Source: an uncultured virus (IMG/VR IMGVR_UViG_3300030606_000005)
Taxonomy: Duplodnaviria; Heunggongvirae; Uroviricota; Caudoviricetes
IMG/VR virus record: IMGVR_UViG_3300030606_000005
DNA length: 64,000 nt
Strand: one strand, 5' to 3'
Numbering within the stretch: position 1 is the first letter of the stretch; each line of letters begins with the position of its first letter. The translations under genes and the position numbers were made by a program. The notes beneath the pieces were generated by a model that saw only the letters and a list, made by a program, of their open reading frames with translations, had not been told where the DNA came from and ran no database searches. Shown piece after piece: positions 38,194 through 47,679 of the stretch.

Positions 38194-39489
38194 GTGACCC
38201 CCGTGCCTCAACGCGTCCGCATACCCCTGCGCGTCATCGTCGGCCACTACGCCGACTCGGTGCTGCCTGTGTACGTCAAGGTCTCGGCCTTTGATCGGAA
38301 GGAGACCGGCTGTGAGGCGAGGGTCGCCTACCTCGCCGCGCTGCTCGGCCTGGCGCACTCCACGGTCGAGGCCGCGCTGACGGAACTGATGCGGCCGGCG
38401 CCCGATGACGACGTCATCGAGGTCACGAGCCAGCAGCGCACGTACGAGGGCGGGGACGGGCAGTCGGCGCGGCGCCATGTCCGCGCCGTCAACTGGCGCA
38501 CCGAGCACGGTGCTTGGGTGCCTACTCGCGCCGCTGAGGCGCTGTCGCCGCGCCAACTGCGCTGCTACGCCGCACTGTCGTACGCCACCGCGACCGGCGT
38601 GCACGTCACCCTCGCCGAACTTGGCCGGGTGCTGCGCCACCGATCCGGTGAGAGCGCCGGCCAGTCGCTCGACGTGCGTTCGGTGCGGCGCATCCTGCGT
38701 CAGTTGGAAGAGCTGGGCTGGATCAGCGTCGAGCACCGCGCCGGGTACCGGGGCCGCAACGTCTACACCTGTCACGACGAGCCGACCCATGAGGCGCTGA
38801 CTGCGGACACTGAGGATGGGGTGGGTGGGGACGCTGGGGATGGGTCCCTGATCTTTAAGGATGACCACCAGATTGACTCACCTGATGATGCGCGGGCCGG
38901 TGGTTCCATCCGCCGTAGGCGAACCTCAGGTAGCGCGCGGGCGGCTGTGGAAAACCCTCCGCTTCCGCCGTCGCTGCGCCGCCTGTACGCCGGGCCTGAG
39001 CTGACGATCGCTCCGCGGATCTGGCGAGTCCTCGAACCGGTGAAGCCGCTGCTGCCGGGCCTGTCGCCCTACGTGGTGCGGGAGTTGGCGCGGGAGATCG
39101 CCCGGCAGCTCGACGAGGGCCAGGACGCCGAACGGCTCCGGCTGCGGCTGGGGTTCCGCTTCGCGTCCACCCAGGAGATCCGCGACCCGGGCCGGTGGCT
39201 GCTCGGTGCCGCCGTCGTCCGCCGGGGCTGTGGGCTCACCGCGTGTGAGTCCGGCCGGATCTGGCACACCGGCGTCCGCTGCGACGTATGCGCCGAACTG
39301 CGGGCAGACGGAGGCCAGCGGCCCCCGTGGCATCCATCTGCCCGCCGCCCAAGGCCCGCTAGCCCGCCCGTCCGCTGGCACGAGTGCGAGGCCTGCCGCG
39401 CCCCGTCCCGCAGCCCGTTCCCGGACGGCGTCTGCCGTGCCTGCCGACCCCCGGACCCGGCCGAGCTGTTGAGGAGGTGGCACCGGTGA
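38194..39489 (+). CDS. Putative replication initiator (tandem winged HTH, C-terminal Cys motifs)
   Basis: Two HTH-like segments (LAALLGLAHSTVEAAL; SVRRILRQLEELGWI); position; internal repeats. Confidence 0.6.
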   Translation: MTPVPQRVRIPLRVIVGHYADSVLPVYVKVSAFDRKETGCEARVAYLAALLGLAHSTVEAALTELMRPAPDDDVIEVTSQQRTYEGGDGQSARRHVRAVNWRTEHGAWVPTRAAEALSPRQLRCYAALSYATATGVHVTLAELGRVLRHRSGESAGQSLDVRSVRRILRQLEELGWISVEHRAGYRGRNVYTCHDEPTHEALTADTEDGVGGDAGDGSLIFKDDHQIDSPDDARAGGSIRRRRTSGSARAAVENPPLPPSLRRLYAGPELTIAPRIWRVLEPVKPLLPGLSPYVVRELAREIARQLDEGQDAERLRLRLGFRFASTQEIRDPGRWLLGAAVVRRGCGLTACESGRIWHTGVRCDVCAELRADGGQRPPWHPSARRPRPASPPVRWHECEACRAPSRSPFPDGVCRACRPPDPAELLRRWHR

Positions 39490-39824
39490 CCGACGTGCCG
39501 CAGTCCGCCACACCCCAGCTGCTCGCCCTCGCCCAGGCCACTCGGCCGGACTGGTCACCCGACCTGCTGCGGGACGTGATCGCGCAGATCCGCTGCCGGG
39601 AGGACATGAGCTTCGGCCGCCTGGTCGTCGCCGTCGCCCAGCTGATCGCCGACCCCGACGCCGAACCGCGCGACCTGCTCGCCGGATTGCCGGAGCCGTG
39701 GCGTCGGCGCCGCAGCCCGCCGACACCAGAGACCGCAACCCGAGGGGCCGCCGCCGTACGCGCGGCCCTGCACCACCCACCCGATTCCGACCGACCCGAA
39801 AGGGGATGGCGATGACCGCGACAC
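39486..39824 (+). CDS. Hypothetical protein
   Basis: GTGA overlap; LALAQATRPDW. Confidence 0.6.
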
Positions 39825-40228
39825 AGCACATCGCCGTACCGCACCACCCGCTCGCCACCCTCACCGCGTGGCTGACGGGCCGCCTGCACCGGCGGCGCCC
39901 GCGTCCCACCGTGCTGGACGTGACCGCGCTGGACATCGAGGCCCTGCGCCTGGCGCTGCCGCTCGACGACCCCGACCGGCACGCCCTCGAAGACCCGGCC
40001 ATCGAGGACGCGTTCGCGCACCTGGCCGTCGACCACCCCGCCGAGGTGGCCGCCACGGCGATGCGCGCCGCCGACCACGAGACGCTGCTCCTAGCCGTCG
40101 TCGACGACTGGTTCCGCCACGCCCACCCCGCACCCGAGCACCGCTGGACACCCGAGACCGTCGCCGCGCACGAGCAGCTGCTCGGCTCCGTCCGTGTCTG
40201 CTTCCGCCCCGGTGGGGGTGCGGCGTGA
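39812..40228 (+). CDS. Hypothetical protein
   Basis: RBS; coupled downstream. Confidence 0.55.
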   Translation: MTATQHIAVPHHPLATLTAWLTGRLHRRRPRPTVLDVTALDIEALRLALPLDDPDRHALEDPAIEDAFAHLAVDHPAEVAATAMRAADHETLLLAVVDDWFRHAHPAPEHRWTPETVAAHEQLLGSVRVCFRPGGGAA

Positions 40229-40572
40229 GCACCGCGACCGCCATCACAGCGACCACCGTCACGCGTGACCGGCTGCGCAGCCGACTGCGTGAGATCACCG
40301 GCCGGGTGCTCGCCGAGGTCCGCGTCACCCGCGTGCAGTGGACGGACGGCCCGCGCTGGTGCGTGCTCGCGCTCACGGTCGAGAAGCGCCCGCCGTTCGG
40401 GCACCGCGAAGTCCCGCTCGCCGACAGCAACCAGCACGAGGGGATCGCCGAGCTACTGAAGGCCACCTTCCCCGACGCCGACTGGGACACCGCCCAGGAC
40501 TACGACGTCACGACCGGCGCCCTCACCGAGCACGTCGTACGGCCGCCCGCCAGCCTGCGAGGCGCCCCGTGA
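40225..40572 (+). CDS. Hypothetical protein
   Basis: FPDADWDTAQDYDVTTG. Confidence 0.6.
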   Translation: MSTATAITATTVTRDRLRSRLREITGRVLAEVRVTRVQWTDGPRWCVLALTVEKRPPFGHREVPLADSNQHEGIAELLKATFPDADWDTAQDYDVTTGALTEHVVRPPASLRGAP

Positions 40573-40838
40573 GCCGTCTCGCCGCCCGCCCCCGGGCCGA
40601 CCACCAGCACGCGGCTGCCATGGCCCGGCAGTTGCCCGGCATGTGGGTCCTCGCCGGTTCCTACGCCAGCAGCCACAGCGCCGACGGAGCTGCCCGACAC
40701 GTCCGCACCGGCGACCGCGTGCCCGCCTACCTGCCCGCCGGCTCATTCGCGGCGCGGGTGCAGCTCACCGACGACGGCGCCGACCTGTGGGTCCGCTACA
40801 CCGCCACGACAGCGAAGGGAGAAGCAGGCCATGGCTGA
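40569..40838 (+). CDS. Hypothetical protein
   Basis: GTGA overlap; AYLPAGSFAAR...LWVRY. Confidence 0.6.
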   Translation: MSRLAARPRADHQHAAAMARQLPGMWVLAGSYASSHSADGAARHVRTGDRVPAYLPAGSFAARVQLTDDGADLWVRYTATTAKGEAGHG

Positions 40839-40881
40839 CACCTCGATTGAGTGGACGGACCGGAGGCGGCGTCATGGGTAG
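40831..40881 (+). pseudogene. Orphaned 5' stub of the DUF5131 gene (MADTSIEWTD)
   Basis: Matches the N-terminal IEWT motif repeated at 41574. Confidence 0.7.
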
Positions 40882-41581
40882 CGCGGAGGGAGCCCTGAAG
40901 ACCGCTGCTGCTCGCATCGGCATCACGGTCGAGGAGTACAGGGCGTTGCAGGCCCAGGGCCTCAAGTGGTGCATGACGTGTGCCGTTTGGCGGCCGGTGA
41001 CGGCGTTTGCCAAAGACCGGTCTCGCGGAGACGGGCTGAAGTCCACGTGCAACGGCCACTACGCGCGGAAGGCGGCTGGCCCGTCAAAGGCGGAGCGGCG
41101 GCAACGCGCACTGGTAGGCGAGCGATGGTGCCGCGGGTGCAAGGCCTGGCTCCCTGTCGCCGAAGTTCCCCGGGCTGGTGCCTGCCGACCCTGCACCGCT
41201 GCTGCGGCACGTGCGTACTACGCCGGCCCGGCCGGAGAGCAGATCCGCGCGCTCAAGAACGCACGCAGCCGCCGATTGGACCCGATCCCCCCATGGTGGC
41301 GGCAGCAGCAGTTCGCCGACTTCGACGGGCTGTGCGCCTACGGATGCGGCTCCCCGGCAGAAGTGATCGACCACGTCTGGCCCGTGGTCCGAGGCGGCAA
41401 GTCCACCCCCGGAAATCTCGTCCCGGCCTGCAACAGATGCAACAGCAAGAAGCGCGCCAACAGCCCCACTCCGAGGGTTGAGCGCGGACTCGCGCTGATG
41501 CCCGAGCCCTGGGAACACCTGGTGGCCCTCGCCCTGGAACACAACACCGACCTCTGGCTGGAAGAGCTGATCAATGTCTAG
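40874..41581 (+). CDS. HNH endonuclease with N-terminal zinc fingers
   Basis: CAYGCG, IDHVWPVVRGG, NLVPACNRCNSKK. Confidence 0.9.
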   Translation: MGSAEGALKTAAARIGITVEEYRALQAQGLKWCMTCAVWRPVTAFAKDRSRGDGLKSTCNGHYARKAAGPSKAERRQRALVGERWCRGCKAWLPVAEVPRAGACRPCTAAAARAYYAGPAGEQIRALKNARSRRLDPIPPWWRQQQFADFDGLCAYGCGSPAEVIDHVWPVVRGGKSTPGNLVPACNRCNSKKRANSPTPRVERGLALMPEPWEHLVALALEHNTDLWLEELINV

Positions 41582-42782
41582 CCGAACGAAGATCGAATGG
41601 ACCAGGAGCGATGACGGTACTCCGGGCCAGACTTGGAATCCCACAACCGGCTGCGACCGCGTCAGCCCCGGCTGCGACAACTGCTACGCGCTGACGATGG
41701 CGAAGCGGCTGAAGGGCATGGGGCAGGCGAAGTACCAGGCCGACGGCGACCCGCGCACCTCCGGGCCTGGCTTCGGCGTGAGCGTCCACCCGGACACGCT
41801 CGACGAGCCGCTGCACTGGAAGAAGCCGCGCCGCGTCTTCGTCAACTCCATGTCCGACCTGTTCCACGACGCCGTGCCCGACGAGCACATCGTCGCCGTC
41901 TTCGCCCGCATGTGGTGGAGCCCGCAGCACACCTTCCAGGTCCTCACCAAGCGGCACGGCCGCATGCGGTCGCTCGTACCGCGCATCGAGCAGCGACTCC
42001 GCAAGATGGAGCGCGACCTGGAGCTGGTCGACGCCCCGACGCCACTCCACTGGCCGCTGCCGAACCTGTGGTTGGGCGTCTCGGTCGAAGATCAGCGGTG
42101 GGCAGACATCCGTATCCCGGCGCTGCTGGACGCCCCGGCCGCAGTCAGGTTCGTGTCCTGCGAGCCGCTGCTCGGACCCGTCGATCTGAGGCTCCCTGCC
42201 GACCACTCGACGCACGAACGGGACTACACCGACGGCATGCCGTGGCCGCAGTGCCTCGACTGCTCCACCGACGACAGCACGGTCGACTGGACCGTCCCTT
42301 CGGAACCCCGCCTCCACTGGGTTATCAGTGGCGGCGAGTCCGGTCCCGGGGCCCGCCCCGCTCACCCGGACTGGTTCCGCTCTCTGCGTGACCAGTGCCA
42401 TAACGCCGACGTCGCCTACTTCCACAAGCAGCACGGGGAGTGGCAGCCGATCGGCCCGCTGTATGGCGACCTTGAGGAGACCGACGAGGGGCACCTCGAA
42501 GCGGTCCACCTGGAAGCCGTCGAGGGCAAGCGGGTCATCCAGCTTGAGTCCGACGGCTACATAGCCGAGGGCCACCAGCCCGGCGACACGCGCACGTGGC
42601 TGATGGCCCGTGTCGGCAAGAAGGCCGCGGGCCGCGAACTCGACGGCCGCACCTGGGACCAGTTCCCCGAGCCATCCCGCAGCGACTTCCGCGCGTCCAT
42701 CGCAGCCGGGCTGACCGAGGACTTCGACACCTTCTCCCGCCGCCTCGACGCGGCCACCACCGACACCCCCCGGAGGGGCTGA
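41574..42782 (+). CDS. DUF5131 (phage Gp37/Gp68) family protein
   Basis: WNPTTGCDRVSPGCDNCYA, FVNSMSDLFH, WVISGGESG, GRELDGRTW. Confidence 0.92.
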   Translation: MSSRTKIEWTRSDDGTPGQTWNPTTGCDRVSPGCDNCYALTMAKRLKGMGQAKYQADGDPRTSGPGFGVSVHPDTLDEPLHWKKPRRVFVNSMSDLFHDAVPDEHIVAVFARMWWSPQHTFQVLTKRHGRMRSLVPRIEQRLRKMERDLELVDAPTPLHWPLPNLWLGVSVEDQRWADIRIPALLDAPAAVRFVSCEPLLGPVDLRLPADHSTHERDYTDGMPWPQCLDCSTDDSTVDWTVPSEPRLHWVISGGESGPGARPAHPDWFRSLRDQCHNADVAYFHKQHGEWQPIGPLYGDLEETDEGHLEAVHLEAVEGKRVIQLESDGYIAEGHQPGDTRTWLMARVGKKAAGRELDGRTWDQFPEPSRSDFRASIAAGLTEDFDTFSRRLDAATTDTPRRG

Positions 42783-43027
42783 TGCTGCACCTCACCAAGG
42801 CCGGCCCATCGGCCACAGAGCGGCGCCTTGAGTCTGAGAACCGTGGCCTGCGCGACCAGTTGGCCGCGCTCACCGACCGGCTGTCGGAGCTTCAGACCGC
42901 GAACGAGCGCCTGTACGCCTCCGACTACGACACCACCGGCGGCCCGCGCTTCGACATGAGTCAGCCGTTTGGGAGCGAGCCCGCCCGCAAGCTCGGCACG
43001 CTCTGGATGAAGGGCGGCACGCCGTGA
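42782..43027 (+). CDS. Coiled-coil hypothetical protein
   Basis: TGATG coupling. Confidence 0.55.
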   Translation: MLHLTKAGPSATERRLESENRGLRDQLAALTDRLSELQTANERLYASDYDTTGGPRFDMSQPFGSEPARKLGTLWMKGGTP

Positions 43028-43473
43028 TCGTCTACCTGTTCCTGCTGGCCGGTGCCGCCGGTACGGAGGCCGCCGCGTACTACGCGCTCCGTGGCCGTGG
43101 CGTACACCGGTACGTCGCCCCCCGCCCGATGCTGCGCCTTGAGGCCGCCCACAGCACGGCTATCGCCGACGAGCTGGCCTGCAAACTGATCGGCCTGGCC
43201 AGCGAGTACGACGCCGTGGCCGCCGAGCGCGACGCCCTGAAGGCCGCGCTGGAGAAGGCCGGGCTGCGCATCGCCGACCAGGAAGAGCAGCTACGCGCCT
43301 TCGACTTGCTGTGCGCCGAGAACACGCAGCTGCGCGCCGACCTCGCCAACGCCCGCGCCATGCGTCAGCTGACGGCCGGCCCCCGCCCGGCCGACGACGC
43401 GAGCGCCCTGCCGGACGACGTCCAGGAGTTCGTCGACCAGACCGCCACCACCTGGCGCGCGGAGGTGTCGTGA
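43024..43473 (+). CDS. Coiled-coil protein with N-terminal hydrophobic segment
   Basis: GTGA overlap. Confidence 0.55.
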   Translation: MIVYLFLLAGAAGTEAAAYYALRGRGVHRYVAPRPMLRLEAAHSTAIADELACKLIGLASEYDAVAAERDALKAALEKAGLRIADQEEQLRAFDLLCAENTQLRADLANARAMRQLTAGPRPADDASALPDDVQEFVDQTATTWRAEVS

Positions 43474-44429
43474 TGCAGGAGTACTACCGCGACGATCAGG
43501 TCACGCTGCTCCTCGGCGACGCCCTCGAACAGCTCCGCACTCTGCCCGACGGCTCCGTCGACTGCGTCGTCACCAGCCCGCCCTACTACGGACTCCGCGA
43601 CTACGGCACGCCCGGCCAGTACGGACTGGAGCCGACGCCTGCGGCCTACGTCGAGACGATGCGCGCCCTGTTCGCCGAGGCGCGCCGTGTCCTCGCCGAC
43701 GACGGGACGCTGTGGCTCAACCTCGGCGACAGCTACGCCAGCGGCGGCCGCACCAGCTATGACACCCGCGGCGGCAATACGCGGGCCAACGGCTACGCGG
43801 CGCAGCGCGCGCCGTCCGAGCTGCCGGGCAAGAACCTCCTCGGCGTTCCGTGGCGTACCGCGTTCGCTCTCCAGGACGACGGCTGGATCCTCCGCAACGA
43901 GATCATTTGGCACAAGACCAACGCCATGCCGGAGAGCATCAAGGACCGGCTGTCGACTCGGCACGAACACCTGTTCCTGTTCGCCAAGGCATCGAGGTAC
44001 CGCTTCGATCTCGACGCGATTCGCGAGCCGCACACCATGCGGCCCCAGCGCAGGCCTCGAGGTCACAAGGAACGGCAGAAGCTCGGCGTCCTCCCGGCGC
44101 AGACCTGGTCCACATCGGAGCGAGACGAGCCCGGAGTCGACGGCCACCCGCTCGGCCGGAACCCCGGCGATGTGTGGTCCATCCCGACCCGCCCCTACCC
44201 GGCCGCGCACTTCGCGGTGTTCCCGATCGATATCCCGCTCCGCTGCATCAAGGCCGGATGCCGACCCGGCGGAACCGTCCTCGACCCGTTCTCCGGCAGC
44301 GGCACCACCGGCGCTGCAGCCCGCCAGCTCGGCCGGAAGTACGTGGGCATCGACCTCAACCCCGCGTACCACGACCTCGCCAAGGAGCGGTTCACGCAAG
44401 GAGTCCTCGACTTCGACACCGCGAGCTGA
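43473..44429 (+). CDS. Orphan N4-cytosine/N6-adenine DNA methyltransferase (beta class)
   Basis: VTSPPY before VLDPFSGSGTT. Confidence 0.93.
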   Translation: MQEYYRDDQVTLLLGDALEQLRTLPDGSVDCVVTSPPYYGLRDYGTPGQYGLEPTPAAYVETMRALFAEARRVLADDGTLWLNLGDSYASGGRTSYDTRGGNTRANGYAAQRAPSELPGKNLLGVPWRTAFALQDDGWILRNEIIWHKTNAMPESIKDRLSTRHEHLFLFAKASRYRFDLDAIREPHTMRPQRRPRGHKERQKLGVLPAQTWSTSERDEPGVDGHPLGRNPGDVWSIPTRPYPAAHFAVFPIDIPLRCIKAGCRPGGTVLDPFSGSGTTGAAARQLGRKYVGIDLNPAYHDLAKERFTQGVLDFDTAS

Positions 44430-44606
44430 CCCCTGATCGCCCCGCCGCCGGGAGTCCCCGGGCCTCGGCGGCGGGTGCCCACCGCAAGGAGAACCACCGT
44501 GCACGACTACCGCGCCGCCGCACAGGACGGCTGCCCCATCTGCGGCGCCCCCTTCCCCTGCCTACGACACGGCGGCAGCCACGCCCCGACGAGAGGAACC
44601 CGCCTC

Positions 44607-44897
44607 ATGCGCACGTCCCGCTCCCGCATCATCGCCGCCGTTCTCGCAGCCGCCGCCACGCTTGCCGTGCTGGCCGGATGCAGCGCAAAGGGCACCGAGC
44701 CCTTCAAGGACGCGCCCCGCTCCGGCACGGACAACGGCAACCCTGCCGACCTCATCCGCATGCCCGACGGCTTCAGCAACGCCGCCACCAAATGCGACCA
44801 CGGCAACCGGCTGTACATCGCCTACCACGGCGACTCCGCGTACGCCGCGATCGCCGTCGTGCCCGGTGACCCGAGCTGTCAGGGAGGCACGCGATGA
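44607..44897 (+). CDS. Small lipoprotein
   Basis: Basic N-terminus, hydrophobic core, lipobox LAGC. Confidence 0.8.
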   Translation: MRTSRSRIIAAVLAAAATLAVLAGCSAKGTEPFKDAPRSGTDNGNPADLIRMPDGFSNAATKCDHGNRLYIAYHGDSAYAAIAVVPGDPSCQGGTR

Positions 44898-44956
44898 CCC
44901 GCACCCTGCCCGCCCCGCCAGCCCGCATCGCCCGGCTGCCCCGCGATCACGTGGGA

Positions 44957-45643
44957 CTACCCGGCCGCCGCTGCTCGTTCGGCCTTCCGTCGCTCGTAGT
45001 TCCGCTTGTTTCGGGCGTTCGTACAGGTCCGGCACTCCCTGCCGCCGTTCTTCTTCCGGATGATGTTGTGCCCCTCGTACGCATGGCCCTGCGGGCAGTG
45101 TGTTCGCGTCCGCAGCTCGGTCGATCTGGCGCTGCGTGCCGTGTTCACGGACTGGGTGACGACCTCCAGGTGTCCGATCTCGACGCAGTCGCGGTAGATA
45201 CAGCCGCGTTCGGCGACGTGGTCGATCGTCATGCCCTCGGGGATGGGACCGACTGCCCGCTCCCACGCCTCGCGGTGTGCGTACGACTTGCTGCCGAGCC
45301 TGCCGTAGCCGTTGGAGTGGTGCGGTCCTTGCCAGCGCAGACAGCCGCTCTCGGGGTCACGCACCGGCGCCGGGTAGTCGTCCCACCCCTTCTTCTTCAG
45401 GGACGGCTGTCCGCGCTTGCCTTCGTTGCGGCACGCCATCGAGCAGTACTTGCGCTTGCGGTCCTTCTTCAGGATCGGGCCGCCGCAGGTCGCGCAGCGG
45501 AGATCGACGGGTTCGCCGAAGCGGGATTCAGTGGCGCACTTGGCAGAGCAGAAGCGCTGTTCCGGACGGTCCCCGCTGGCGTAGTTGGGGCGGAACTCGA
45601 CGCCGCAGCGTTCACAGTTCCGAGTGATCGTCATCCGTGGCAT
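44957..45643 (-). CDS. HNH endonuclease with zinc fingers, inverted relative to the operon
   Basis: CLRWQG, NGYG, AHREAW, IDH, HLEVVTQSVN, THCPQGH; TAGAAT 6 nt upstream of ATG. Confidence 0.88.
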   Translation of the reverse strand: MPRMTITRNCERCGVEFRPNYASGDRPEQRFCSAKCATESRFGEPVDLRCATCGGPILKKDRKRKYCSMACRNEGKRGQPSLKKKGWDDYPAPVRDPESGCLRWQGPHHSNGYGRLGSKSYAHREAWERAVGPIPEGMTIDHVAERGCIYRDCVEIGHLEVVTQSVNTARSARSTELRTRTHCPQGHAYEGHNIIRKKNGGRECRTCTNARNKRNYERRKAERAAAAG

Positions 45644-45739
45644 TTCCCCATTCTACCTGCGGTTATTGCCGTCAACCAGGAGTCTGCGGAACTCCGCGCC
45701 CTGGAACTGTTGCCGGCTGAAACGGCCGTGGGGTGAGCC

Positions 45740-46423
45740 ATGAGCAACTACACCGGGCAGGTCCCCGACACCGCGGCCCGCCCCCTGGACTGGATGGACC
45801 GTATGGCCTGCCGGGACAAGCGGGAGCTGTTCGACGACCCGACACGCGAGCACGAGGCGCGCACTGTGTGCATCAACGACTGCCCCGTACGCACGCAGTG
45901 CCTCGCTCACGTCAAGCGGCTGGAGGACGGCGCTTCCCGGGCCCGGCGGGACGGTGTTGTCGCCGGGCTCACCCACAGGGAGCGGTGGCGCTGCGATGCG
46001 GCGGCGTACCGCTGCAAGGACGACGCGCCCGCGCTGGACTTCACCGGCGACCCGCCGCGCTGCGGCACGCACATCGCGCTGCTCAAGCACCTGTGGCTGG
46101 ACGAGCCGATCGACTCCAAGTGCTGGAGCGGCGAGGTGCACCGCGACCACGAGAGCCGGTCCCGGCGAGAGCACACCAGCCCCATGCCCCAGCCTGAGCC
46201 TGAGCCGGTCATCGAGCGGAAGCCTCCCGTCCAGCTGGTCACGAAGGCGAAGCCGCCCGTGCGCGGCGACAGCCCCCACGAGCGACGGATCTACGCCCTG
46301 TGGTCGTCCGGCCTGAGTGACCTGGACATCGCCCGCCGCATGGCCGTCAGCGTGCCCTCCGTGCAGCGGGTGCGCGACTGGCTCGGCCTGCTCGCCAACC
46401 TGCACGCACGGAGGGCGTCATGA
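45740..46423 (+). CDS. WhiB-family regulator with C-terminal HTH
   Basis: W...MAC, VCINDCPVRTQC, GVVAGLT..ER; C-terminal GLSDLDIARRMAVS. Confidence 0.88.
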   Translation: MSNYTGQVPDTAARPLDWMDRMACRDKRELFDDPTREHEARTVCINDCPVRTQCLAHVKRLEDGASRARRDGVVAGLTHRERWRCDAAAYRCKDDAPALDFTGDPPRCGTHIALLKHLWLDEPIDSKCWSGEVHRDHESRSRREHTSPMPQPEPEPVIERKPPVQLVTKAKPPVRGDSPHERRIYALWSSGLSDLDIARRMAVSVPSVQRVRDWLGLLANLHARRAS

Positions 46424-46818
46424 AGCCCGACGAGGCCGCGTGGGTGTACGAGCACGTCATCTGTGATTACCACCTTGCCAACGAGGCGCACTGGTGGTGC
46501 GGGCCCGACCAGACGGAAGACCGGGACTGCCCCTGCCAGTTCGGATGCGTGCTGTGCCGTGCGGGCCGGCACCAGGCGTGCCGCACGATCAGCGCCCGGA
46601 CGGACGGCGGCTTCCGCCCCCAGCCGGAGACGGCCCTTCGCGTACCCGCCGCACACCGGCCGGACCGCAAACGCCCGCTGCACGTGGCCGTGTGGCTCGC
46701 CGACCGGGTGTGCCGGGTCTTGTGCGACTGCACTGTCTGCCACCCGCCGCAACTCGCTCCAGCGCCAGAGCCGGACGCGTGGGCGCATGGCCTGCTGTTC
46801 GAACTGGAGGCTTCCTGA
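46420..46818 (+). CDS. Cys-rich hypothetical protein
   Basis: CPCQFGCVLC..H..C. Confidence 0.6.
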   Translation: MKPDEAAWVYEHVICDYHLANEAHWWCGPDQTEDRDCPCQFGCVLCRAGRHQACRTISARTDGGFRPQPETALRVPAAHRPDRKRPLHVAVWLADRVCRVLCDCTVCHPPQLAPAPEPDAWAHGLLFELEAS

Positions 46819-47228
46819 TGCCCGCCGCACCCATGCCCCGTCACCCGGTGCCCGACCACATCCCCGCCCACCTGCGCGAAGCCTTCGCCACGGCCAGGGG
46901 CCGCCAGGTCCCGCCGCGCAGCCCGTACAAGCCGGGCGATGCTGTTCAGCTCCACGGCTACCGAGGCGAGTTCCCGCCCGGACTCCGACAGACCGGATTC
47001 CGCGGCTGGGTCGTCGGCTGCGTCGGCGACACGGTCCTCACCGGCATCACCACCGACGGCCAGGAGTGGTGGGAGTACTGGGGTCGCTTGAAGCCGGACG
47101 GTCTCCCGGTCGACCTGTGGGCGGGCTGCGTCTGCTGCCACGAGGCCCGCGCTCCGCTGCTGCGCGCCTTCTACGCCAAGCAGCGCGCCAAGGGCCAGCA
47201 GCTCGGACTGTTCGCGGGGGCGCCGTGA
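46818..47228 (+). CDS. Hypothetical protein ending in QLGLF
   Basis: TGATG coupling, GGAGG RBS. Confidence 0.6.
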   Translation: MPAAPMPRHPVPDHIPAHLREAFATARGRQVPPRSPYKPGDAVQLHGYRGEFPPGLRQTGFRGWVVGCVGDTVLTGITTDGQEWWEYWGRLKPDGLPVDLWAGCVCCHEARAPLLRAFYAKQRAKGQQLGLFAGAP

Positions 47229-47434
47229 CCGTCCAACTCGCGATCTTCGTGGACTGCCCGTACGGCGGCTGCGAGGAGGGCTACTGCGCCTGCCTCGAAC
47301 AAGACCTCGACGAGGACTTCGACGAACCGGACGACGACCCCGAACTCGAAGACGACGACGAGCCGGAGTACTTCCGCGCCGTCGAGACCGTCCCGATCTC
47401 CATCGACGACTACGAACCACCCAAGGAACCCTGA
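47225..47434 (+). CDS. Small acidic Cys protein
   Basis: GTGA overlap; D/E-rich. Confidence 0.5.
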   Translation: MTVQLAIFVDCPYGGCEEGYCACLEQDLDEDFDEPDDDPELEDDDEPEYFRAVETVPISIDDYEPPKEP

Positions 47435-47679
47435 TGCCCACGACCACCCTCATCGCCCTCGCGATCGGCCTGGCCGCCGTCGCCAGCCTCTGCCTGAACG
47501 TCCGCGACTGCTGGTTCTTCGGCCTGCTGGCTCTGGCCACGATGGTCGGCGCCGTCGGTGAGGCCTACCGCGAGAACGAACACCTCGCCGTGGGACTGGT
47601 CTCCCTCAGCTTCGTGCTCGGCGTGTTCTCCGCCAGGGCCGCCTGGCGCGACGGCAGCACCGGCCGGGGTTCGCGATGA
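47434..47679 (+). CDS. Small membrane protein
   Basis: Three hydrophobic segments. Confidence 0.6.
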   Translation: MPTTTLIALAIGLAAVASLCLNVRDCWFFGLLALATMVGAVGEAYRENEHLAVGLVSLSFVLGVFSARAAWRDGSTGRGSR

